In this document: in pieces, positions 19,452 through 27,068 of the stretch
Numbering within the stretch: position 1 is the stretch's first letter
Layout: each line of letters begins with the position of its first letter
IMG/VR virus record: IMGVR_UViG_3300009156_000027
DNA length: 64,000 bases
Source: a virus
Reading direction: 5' to 3' (one strand)
Notes under the pieces: generated by a model
Databases searched by the model: none
What the model was told of the DNA's origin: nothing
What the model saw: the letters and a program-made list of their open reading frames with translations, nothing else
Position numbers and translations under genes: made by a program

Positions 19452-20999
19452 ATGCACATCTTCGCTGAGAATGGAATGTTCGTCACCGCAGAGCTCGGGG
19501 GCGGCATTGACAGTCGTGTCCCCGGTTCGCCACCGGCGGTTACGGCTCGTGGGTTGCCCGGAGAACCGGGAGCCGACGGTCCGTGGCAACAGTGGGAAGA
19601 GATTCGCAACGACGACGGTACGTTCAGCTATCGTTGTGTGGACGGCCATTACCTGACCGCGGAAGAGGGTGGTGGCAAAACCGTGTCGACCGATCGCGAC
19701 GTCAACAGTGTGTGGCAGCGATTCAAGAAGGTCGGCAACATGTTGCAGTGCTCCGATGGTGTTCACTATCTTCGCACACGGACGGACCTTGGGCCGGTTG
19801 CGGTGGTTGATGCCACCGGAACCACCCAAGGCTTGACGTTTCGTATAGGCGACGGCGGCACGGTCCCGACGCTCAACGGACGTCTGCACGTACAAGGGAT
19901 CCGATTGTTCGATACGGTCGGTCCGTATCGGTGGAAGATTTGCACGGGATTCAACGCCCAGGATCTCGCGTTACAGAACCGATGGGATGTCCTCGGTACC
20001 TACTTCGATTGGATGGACACGGTAGGTGGCAACGGCATCCGAGTCTTCTTGAATTGGGAAGTCGTTGGTCTGGACTACCGCGATCATCCTGATTACTTCA
20101 CCATCCTTCGGGAGCTGTGCAAGTTCACTCGCGAACGGAGCAAACGTCTCCTTGGGACGGCGATCTGCGATCAAATTCCCTCCGGTCTCGGACAGCAGCA
20201 GGACTTCCTCGATAGTGCATTCTCCGTTTTGAACGAGTTCGATCACACACTGGGCGAATGCGCCAACGAACCGTACAACGGCAACAGTGTCTTTCCGGGA
20301 TTGTTTCGGCGAACGTCTTCATGGGGTTCATTGATGGTGGCACGTGGGATGTGTCGACCGGATTCGAACCCGGCGAGTGGCGATCCCAACGACGCACCCT
20401 ACGTGCCGTCGCTCGGTTACACCACCTACCAGAATGGGCGGTCCGCTGATTGGTATCGCAAAGCTGGCAAGGATGGATTGGAGATCCACGACGGATGGCC
20501 GGGTCTTGGTGTGCCAGGAACCGGCGACGCCACGATCAACAACGAGACCATGGGTGCCGCCGAGATCGGCGTGCCGGGGCGTCGGTCGAATCGTCCGATT
20601 GAATTCCAAGCGGCCGGAGGTGGGGCGGGACTCTTCACTTCCGGAATCACTGGGCACGGCGACTCGTTGACTATGCAACGATGCATCCCACCGGGACCAA
20701 CGGAGACCTCATGCATCAAGGCGTTGTTCGATTCGCTTGAATTCGTTCCGATCGATGCTCCCGATTGGATATACACTCGGTATGGTCCTGGACATCCTCC
20801 GGAGCCGATGCCGGTTCAGATGGATCCTGCTGATGCAGACGAGACCGTTTCTCGTATGCACGCCAAGGTTGGCCCCAACCAAGCGTCTGCGGTCAACTAC
20901 AACGCCGCCATCCCTGGGAGAGAAGGATGGAAGGCGGTCGCTGCCAACGGATGGCGTATCGTCGAACAGCGCGGTCCGGTGGTTCTCTGTGAACGATAA
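19452..20999 (+). CDS. Fascin-like beta-trefoil plus clan GH-A (GH5-like) TIM-barrel protein
   Basis: N-terminal repeats (NGMFVTAELGGG / DGHYLTAEEGGG / DGVHYLRT); NGIRVFL, ECANEP (acid/base) and NNETMG (possible nucleophile). Confidence 0.65.
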   Translation: MHIFAENGMFVTAELGGGIDSRVPGSPPAVTARGLPGEPGADGPWQQWEEIRNDDGTFSYRCVDGHYLTAEEGGGKTVSTDRDVNSVWQRFKKVGNMLQCSDGVHYLRTRTDLGPVAVVDATGTTQGLTFRIGDGGTVPTLNGRLHVQGIRLFDTVGPYRWKICTGFNAQDLALQNRWDVLGTYFDWMDTVGGNGIRVFLNWEVVGLDYRDHPDYFTILRELCKFTRERSKRLLGTAICDQIPSGLGQQQDFLDSAFSVLNEFDHTLGECANEPYNGNSVFPGLFRRTSSWGSLMVARGMCRPDSNPASGDPNDAPYVPSLGYTTYQNGRSADWYRKAGKDGLEIHDGWPGLGVPGTGDATINNETMGAAEIGVPGRRSNRPIEFQAAGGGAGLFTSGITGHGDSLTMQRCIPPGPTETSCIKALFDSLEFVPIDAPDWIYTRYGPGHPPEPMPVQMDPADADETVSRMHAKVGPNQASAVNYNAAIPGREGWKAVAANGWRIVEQRGPVVLCER

Positions 21000-21009
21000 A
21001 GGAGACAAG

Positions 21010-21411
21010 ATGACAAAGAGACGAACCATCTCGCTCGTTTTAGCGCTCACCGCGCTACTGACGAGCACCATCCTTAACGGATGCGCCGCCAACGCACCAC
21101 CTCGGTTGGGTCAACAAGCCGCGGTCGCGTACAACAATCATCGGGTGCAACGTGCGCTCGATCTCATTCGCGATACCGTGCAAGACGGTAATGCATTGCA
21201 ACCGCCGGTGTTCTCCACGGCGACGACACGAAAGGTCACCATCTGGCACAAGGCCGCGATCACAACAATCCACGCAACCCAGACAGGTTGGCAGTCCGCT
21301 GTGGAAACTGGTCTCGATCAACTCGTCGCGACGTTACCGAAGGAGGACGCCGACCGTATTCGTATCTACGTCAACTTGGCGAAGACCATTCTCAAGGAGG
21401 TCACGTCTTGA
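21010..21411 (+). CDS. Predicted lipoprotein (possible o-spanin-like)
   Basis: SD GGAG; basic N-terminus, hydrophobic stretch and lipobox LNGC. Confidence 0.65.
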   Translation: MTKRRTISLVLALTALLTSTILNGCAANAPPRLGQQAAVAYNNHRVQRALDLIRDTVQDGNALQPPVFSTATTRKVTIWHKAAITTIHATQTGWQSAVETGLDQLVATLPKEDADRIRIYVNLAKTILKEVTS

Positions 21412-21620
21412 ACGAGCAGCTCATCGCACTGGCGATTCAGTCGGCACCGAACATCATCGCGGGATTGAAGGCACTATTCCGCAAGGAGCACCCGGACGCT
21501 CCGGAGCCGACCGACGCCGAAGTGATCGAGGCCTACAATCAAGCCTTTGAGTCGTCGGTCGCGAAAGACGATCGGTGGCTCGCGGTCCATCCGGAACAAG
21601 AGATCGATCCGGAAACCTAA
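21408..21620 (+). CDS. Small hypothetical protein coupled to the lipoprotein
   Basis: TTG start overlapping upstream TGA, SD AAGGAGG; 70 aa. Confidence 0.65.
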   Translation: MNEQLIALAIQSAPNIIAGLKALFRKEHPDAPEPTDAEVIEAYNQAFESSVAKDDRWLAVHPEQEIDPET

Positions 21621-21793
21621 AAGAACTTCCGTGGACGTGAAGACCCCACCATACCCGCTTCCTGGAACAGGGAATGCGACTCTGGGTCTGTCACCCTGCG
21701 GTAGTCACAGCCCGCGCTCGATTGTGGTTATGGTGGTGACCATGATCGGGCGCGGGTGCGGGTGTTGAAGCTACCACCAGAAAGGATTGTTCT

Positions 21794-21931
21794 ATGCCTT
21801 GGCATCTTCTCTGTGTCGCGTTCTCGATTTGTTGCTTCGCCTTTGCGGCATGGCAGCATGCGAGCCCGATGTGGAATCGTGTCGTGGCGGTTGGCTTTGC
21901 GCTGTTCGCCTTGGCCACTCTCATCCCGTAG
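21794..21931 (+). CDS. 45-aa two-TM membrane protein (holin-like), not in ORF track
   Basis: SD GAAAGGA; MPWHLLCVAFSICCFAFAAWQHASPMWNRVVAVGFALFALATLIP has two hydrophobic helices. Confidence 0.6.
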   Translation: MPWHLLCVAFSICCFAFAAWQHASPMWNRVVAVGFALFALATLIP

Positions 21932-22054
21932 GTGATCCCATGTATACCTTGTGCTGGATCTTTCTGCGACTTCCGAAACCGATTCGGCATTGGGTAGCAC
22001 GTCATGCCACCACATGGGTCACACAGACTCGACGTATCATTCGGAGGTTGAACA

Positions 22055-22204
22055 ATGGCGAAGAAAAATCCGAACGTGGACGCGCAAGTGACTGCAGCCA
22101 AGTCGGCGGCAACGGTATTCGTCAACGCCACCAACCCGGCGGAAGTCAAAGCGGCCGCGCAGACGCTGAAAGACAAACTCGACGCGATCGTTTGGGACGA
22201 CTAG
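22055..22204 (+). CDS. 49-aa hypothetical protein, not in ORF track
   Basis: SD GGAGGT; MAKKNPNVDAQVTAAKSAATVFVNATNPAEVKAAAQTLKDKLDAIVWDD with typical codon usage. Confidence 0.65.
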   Translation: MAKKNPNVDAQVTAAKSAATVFVNATNPAEVKAAAQTLKDKLDAIVWDD

Positions 22205-22254
22205 CGACCACCAGGGTGTCCAATCCGGATACTCTATTACCGTAGGAGTGCAGT

Positions 22255-22563
22255 ATGAACGAAAGCGCAGCAAGCGGCAAGGGCCACGGTGGCGGACACG
22301 GTCACGCCAATCGCCATCCGATGCATCAGGCGATGCGGTCCAAGGCGATCGGGAAGATCAAGAAGGCCAAGGATGTTGAGGGTCGCGTCCGTGCGTTCCT
22401 CGACGACGAGGTCGAGAACTTCGAGACGCTGTTCGCAGCGGCGTCCGACCCCGCGGTGACCAAGGAGCAGTTGCTCGCCGAAGTCCGAAAGGCGATCGAG
22501 GATCGCAAGGACGACATCGACGAGATTGTTCCGTTCCTCGCGACCGGTCAGGTTCAGGAATAG
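22255..22563 (+). CDS. Hypothetical helical protein
   Basis: SD AGGAG; 102 aa, strong GC3 bias. Confidence 0.7.
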   Translation: MNESAASGKGHGGGHGHANRHPMHQAMRSKAIGKIKKAKDVEGRVRAFLDDEVENFETLFAAASDPAVTKEQLLAEVRKAIEDRKDDIDEIVPFLATGQVQE

Positions 22564-22578
22564 CAAAGGGAGACGGCG

Positions 22579-22734
22579 ATGTCTCTCGAGCACTTCTTCA
22601 CGGCGCAGGCTGAAGACCAGATGCTGGTGCTCATACGTCTCACACAGATGGGATTGTATACGCTTCTCGCAGCCATTGTCGCTGTGATTGCTATTCAGAC
22701 GTGGCGGTTGGTCAAGAAGGATCACCACGTTTAA
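22579..22734 (+). CDS. 51-aa single-TM protein, not in ORF track
   Basis: SD GGGAG; MSLEHFFTAQAEDQMLVLIRLTQMGLYTLLAAIVAVIAIQTWRLVKKDHHV. Confidence 0.55.
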   Translation: MSLEHFFTAQAEDQMLVLIRLTQMGLYTLLAAIVAVIAIQTWRLVKKDHHV

Positions 22735-22747
22735 GTTCGTATCCGAT

Positions 22748-22773
22748 CCCCGGTGGTAATAGGGCCACCGGGG
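22748..22773. repeat. GC-rich hairpin, copy 1
   Basis: CCCCGGTGG-TAATAGGG-CCACCGGGG; shares both arms with 24099-24127. Confidence 0.7.
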
Positions 22774-22802
22774 AACTCTCCTAAACCACCTACGGAGAAA
22801 TC

Positions 22803-24083
22803 ATGAAGATCCACGCTCATCCGCAGAAGACCGACTACGCCAGTCCAGCCGAGTGGCCAACGCGTTCCTTTCAACATCATTGGAAAGCGTCTGATGCGAT
22901 CCTTGTACCGCCGCCAGCGAATCCGCAAACAGGTCACCTCCACATCGACATGACCTATCCCGAAGATGCCGAGTGGGCCACCGGGACGTTGACGATTCCG
23001 TTCAAACTCAAGCTGTTCCACGTGGCTGGACGTATCACTCAGGTATTCGCGGCTGTCCTCCAAAGCCACAATGCGCGAGAGATCATCTGGGATGCAACCG
23101 GAACCACGACTCCACCATCGATGATTGGCGACATCAACAGCCTGAAGGAGTGGTCTGGGCATTTCGTGATCGACCCGCCGTCGAATCCCAGGATGCCGGA
23201 ATTCCTGCACGGCTGGATCTTCCTGTCAGTCAGTGCGGCGATGCAGTTCGACAACGGCGTGGCGGTCACTGGCAATTCTCTTGGGGCGGTGTGGTCGATG
23301 GTTGATCCGTCACTTCCGCCGGTTGGTGGTTTCCATCTCCCAACGGTTGGCAGCCGAACGATGTCAAAAGATCCGAGTCTGCCGAACGTATTCACTGGCG
23401 CGAATCAGATGGACGCGATGTCGTTCTTGCCGTTGGCCCCGATCAGTACACCGTGGGAGATTTCCACGTCCGCGATTCAATACGCGGCACAATCGCCGCT
23501 ACCGATTGCGACGTTCGAACTTCGTGCGGATTTGGACTTGCATGCCGGGATCCCTGGGCGCGTACTCCAACGCGTGGTCAAACCACCAGACGGCGGATTC
23601 GTTTCTGTACTCGATCCGAAGGTGATCGGACCTGGGGTGCATCGAATCGCGATGATGCTGATCCAACCCCTGGCGGAGATTCAAGAGGTAACCACCCTGT
23701 TGGTGTTCGATGTGACCATCGGCGATGTGCCGCCTGCGGAACTCGTGGTGGTGCCGAACGTCGTTGGAGAAGATCAATCGGCGGCTGCCGCAATCCTTGA
23801 AGCGGCGGGCCTCCACAGCTCACCGATGCTGCACGAGAACGAAGCTCCCAAAGGTCAAGTCTTCATGCAGGATCCATCTGCGGGATCGTCGGTCCAAAAA
23901 GGATGGGTGGTTTCGTTGATGGTGTCTGAAGGACCGATCGCTCCACCCCACCAGGATATGCGTCCGGTGGAAGTGTTCCAGTTGTTGGAGAACGGGAAAC
24001 CGGTCAATCGATTCTTCGCATGCTTCGACAGTCCTGACGGGACCCACGAGGTGTGCGCGGAGCTGATGGTGAAACCGAGCTAA
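22803..24083 (+). CDS. PASTA-domain-containing protein
   Basis: C-terminal VVVPNVVGEDQSAAAAILEAAGL...APKGQVFMQDPSAGSSVQKGWVVSLMVSEGP is a textbook PASTA repeat; N-terminal ~310 aa unrecognised. Confidence 0.8.
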   Translation: MKIHAHPQKTDYASPAEWPTRSFQHHWKASDAILVPPPANPQTGHLHIDMTYPEDAEWATGTLTIPFKLKLFHVAGRITQVFAAVLQSHNAREIIWDATGTTTPPSMIGDINSLKEWSGHFVIDPPSNPRMPEFLHGWIFLSVSAAMQFDNGVAVTGNSLGAVWSMVDPSLPPVGGFHLPTVGSRTMSKDPSLPNVFTGANQMDAMSFLPLAPISTPWEISTSAIQYAAQSPLPIATFELRADLDLHAGIPGRVLQRVVKPPDGGFVSVLDPKVIGPGVHRIAMMLIQPLAEIQEVTTLLVFDVTIGDVPPAELVVVPNVVGEDQSAAAAILEAAGLHSSPMLHENEAPKGQVFMQDPSAGSSVQKGWVVSLMVSEGPIAPPHQDMRPVEVFQLLENGKPVNRFFACFDSPDGTHEVCAELMVKPS

Positions 24084-24098
24084 GGATTTTGAGGAGCA

Positions 24099-24127
24099 CC
24101 CCGGTGGCCGCGACAGGGCCACCGGGG
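24099..24127. terminator. GC-rich hairpin, copy 2, at the convergence of the late and early blocks
   Basis: 11-bp stem CCCCGGTGGCC/GGCCACCGGGG between convergent stops 24083 and 24138; no U-tract. Confidence 0.55.
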
Positions 24128-24137
24128 CACCGGTAGG

Positions 24138-24431
24138 CTACGGATTCTTCGGGCAACGTTTCTCGTCTGCGATATTCAATCGGATTCGTTCCTCCTGATA
24201 CGGTTCCAGATACAATCTCACGGCCGTATCGCCTGAGCTATACTTCACATTCTCTCGACGTACGATTCTGAACAAATCCGTTCCCAATTCTTCCAATCGC
24301 CGCAGCACCCGCTGTTCACGTTTATCCTCAGCCACTTCTTCTGGGTAGAATCCCGACCAGCTGCGCACATGCTTGCATAGGCTGAGCGTGACTTGATGCT
24401 TGCCGATTCGCTTCCGTTTCGATTTCGCCAT
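24138..24431 (-). CDS. Hypothetical protein
   Basis: 97 aa; start preceded by the GGAGATGAAG motif. Confidence 0.65.
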   Translation of the reverse strand: MAKSKRKRIGKHQVTLSLCKHVRSWSGFYPEEVAEDKREQRVLRRLEELGTDLFRIVRRENVKYSSGDTAVRLYLEPYQEERIRLNIADEKRCPKNP

Positions 24432-24470
24432 CTTCATCTCCTCATGGCCGGCGGGATGCCGTACCGGAAA

Positions 24471-24480
24471 TTATTATCGC
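24471..24480 (-). promoter_or_regulatory. Candidate promoter -10 element GCGATAATAA (also at 57274-57283; partial at 52552-52558)
   Basis: Identical 10-mer upstream of two minus-strand gene starts; TATAAT-like core; no clear -35. Confidence 0.35.
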
Positions 24481-24734
24481 CTGAGTACGATTTCTGCACC
24501 ATACGAAAATTACTGACTCAGGGAATTTCGTAGGCAAGGCCTTGCCACGCCCGGCCGCACGCCCCGGTAACGGGCCTTCCCGCCCCGGCTAAACTGGAAC
24601 GCCCCGGAATCCAGGCGTAACCCGGTCTAATTGAGGACTTCCGGACAGGCCGGGGGCCGGGGGCTGCCCCCGTTTCGGTCCGTTCCTACAGGCGTTTGGC
24701 CGCAACCCTCATACCTTCTTAGGTTTAGCGCGCC

Positions 24735-27068
24735 CTATTTCGCAGCGTTTGGGGGCGATTTCGGCAGCACCGGGGCCTCGCCGCCCCCGGCCGCACCCGC
24801 CCCGGCCACTGGCACGGTGGTGGCAGCAGGCTGGCCGTTGTCGCTCACTACGATTTTCGTACCTGTGCTACCGATGGTTACCTTGCCCAATGGGATGCGT
24901 ATGAACCGACGATGTTCCTTGATGCGACGTTTGATGACACGAATGCGTCCGGTAGGTCGACCTTTCATATCCTCCTGGGTGTACAGTTCGGCATCCTTGA
25001 CTTCCTTCAATACATAATCGGATAACGTCCAGGCACTCACCGAACCAGATCCATGGCGTTTGACGATTTGCAACGCGACAAGGTCTTGCATCAGGCGCTG
25101 TATCGTGGCAAACGGGTAGTGAGTTTTGGCAGCCATTTCCCGCATTGAGATTGGGGCCATGTTTTCGGTCCCACCCATTGCGCCAACGCCAATCAGGGTC
25201 CGCAACACATCCTCATTCCGCTGACTGATGGTATCCAGCATCACCTTCTTGATGAGATGATATTCGACCTCAGTCACCTCCACCTTGTTGTAGACCATCG
25301 CCATGCCGCGGGCCAGCTTCGCCAGTTGCTGACCGAGACGGGTACCAACCTCCGCCATCGGTCGCGACATCACGATATCATTTCGGTAGAAATCCCTTGA
25401 GACCGAGCCACGCATACGCGCTCCGAACTTCGCAAGGGCAACGATCTTGGAGAGGATGGCTTTCGGCATTCTCGGGGGCTGACGACTTGCACAAGTCCTT
25501 TCGAGGAAATTCTTAACGACATCGACAAGTTCGACACGCATGGCCGTTTCTCGGTCCGCGTTTTCGATCGCCTTTCGGATGACCTCATTTTCAGACTCAT
25601 GATGCAGATTGTCGCCTACCAGAAATTTCAAGAACCGTTCGCCAAGGGCCGCGTGCTGTTCCGCAAGGTCATAGATCCTAGGAGTCGTAGCGGCCAGGAT
25701 TGTGAACCGACTTTCGTAGGTCCTGTCGACGCCATTCCCGAATGACTTCCCGCATCGCCCGTCGTAGGCATCCCGCAAAATACCAAAGATCTCCTTCTGC
25801 TCGCGATCGGGGAGACTCAGGATTGAGGTGAAGTCTTTGACGACGAGAACTTTCCCATCCAGTTTTGGTATGAGAGAAGGGTCCCCCGTCTGCCCAGTAA
25901 AGTTGGCGCCCGAAATCAAGGATGGTGCTGTCAACGTCGACGTAGCGTGGGTCATCTCCACTTCCTGCAATGAGGAGACTATCGCCGTCTTCGCGGAGCC
26001 AGGCGGTCCCACCAAAAACATCCACACCGGAGAGCCGTCGATACGTTGTGACAGTACCACGGCCATCATCACATCGATGACTTCGGTCGTCCGGAGAAAC
26101 AGCCACCGGTTGAAGACATCGTGGACATCTCGTAAAGTAGGTGGGTGCGTCTTCCATTTGGACTCTGGCTCCTTACGTTTCTTGATTGTGATCTTACCGC
26201 TCTTTGAGACTACGGTCTCCCGTACTGGTTCCGACGGCGAATCCCACTTCGGCTTTCGATTGAACCGACGCTTTAATCGCTCCCAGCAGATGTCTGGGGT
26301 ATCGCGAATCGTCGTTCCGTAGACGATCCAATCTCTGGTGTCGAAACCCACTGGCACTTCGTCGGGCCAATGAACGAAGGTCAACTTGCGAACCCGACCT
26401 TGCAATCGTTCAAGTAAGATCTCTTCGCCCTTGCGGCCCGCCGGGTCATAGTCGTACAATGAATGGACGGTACGCCCCGAGAACCAAGACACCCAATCTT
26501 TCTTGAACGTCCCTGCACCCGGCACTCCAACAACCACACCGGGTTCGTTCAAGGTCTTCAAGAGCCACCGCAACGCAATGGTGTCCCATTCGCCTTCGCA
26601 CAAGTAGACCGGGTCCTTCTGGTTCTCCTTCAGAAGTTGGGCACGGAACAACCCCACATGACATCCAGACGTTGACATCATCAGCTTCGAACGGATGTTG
26701 TACTTCCGAATGTCGACGTAGTGTCCGTAATAGTCTTGGATAGGAAACGTAAATGCTTGACCATCCCACCCCATTCCCAATCCTTCGAACGCCGTCTTCC
26801 GAAGTTGCCGATTCTCCGCCAACTGACGAACCATCGATCCCTTGAGATCCTGCGCGTAGCGTTCGCCAGTCAGCTTCAAAAACTGGGAGATGTTTCCGGA
26901 TAGTCCCGCAGACTTGCTGTCCCACAATCCGAGCTTCGTGTTTACATAGAACTTATCATCCTTCCCAGAAAACGGACAATAGCCGAACGTTTGATTTCCA
27001 CGCTCACCGGTAAATTCAACTCCGTGAGCTTCGAAGATCTTCAACAGATTCTTCTTTTCACTCATCAC
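24735..27068 (-). CDS. Primase-helicase fusion: Zn-finger-like, TOPRIM, MCM-like AAA+
   Basis: CPF N-terminus; VYLCEGEWD and YDYDPAG (TOPRIM); LVGPPGSAKT (Walker A), LVVKDFT, ILRDAYDG, AATTP, GERF. Confidence 0.85.
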   Translation of the reverse strand: MMSEKKNLLKIFEAHGVEFTGERGNQTFGYCPFSGKDDKFYVNTKLGLWDSKSAGLSGNISQFLKLTGERYAQDLKGSMVRQLAENRQLRKTAFEGLGMGWDGQAFTFPIQDYYGHYVDIRKYNIRSKLMMSTSGCHVGLFRAQLLKENQKDPVYLCEGEWDTIALRWLLKTLNEPGVVVGVPGAGTFKKDWVSWFSGRTVHSLYDYDPAGRKGEEILLERLQGRVRKLTFVHWPDEVPVGFDTRDWIVYGTTIRDTPDICWERLKRRFNRKPKWDSPSEPVRETVVSKSGKITIKKRKEPESKWKTHPPTLRDVHDVFNRWLFLRTTEVIDVMMAVVLSQRIDGSPVWMFLVGPPGSAKTAIVSSLQEVEMTHATSTLTAPSLISGANFTGQTGDPSLIPKLDGKVLVVKDFTSILSLPDREQKEIFGILRDAYDGRCGKSFGNGVDRTYESRFTILAATTPRIYDLAEQHAALGERFLKFLVGDNLHHESENEVIRKAIENADRETAMRVELVDVVKNFLERTCASRQPPRMPKAILSKIVALAKFGARMRGSVSRDFYRNDIVMSRPMAEVGTRLGQQLAKLARGMAMVYNKVEVTEVEYHLIKKVMLDTISQRNEDVLRTLIGVGAMGGTENMAPISMREMAAKTHYPFATIQRLMQDLVALQIVKRHGSGSVSAWTLSDYVLKEVKDAELYTQEDMKGRPTGRIRVIKRRIKEHRRFIRIPLGKVTIGSTGTKIVVSDNGQPAATTVPVAGAGAAGGGEAPVLPKSPPNAAK

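Noticed and set aside
21787-22245. 152-aa ORF from the track
   Set aside because: Better explained by two short genes in other frames (21794-21931 and 22055-22204), each with a good SD.
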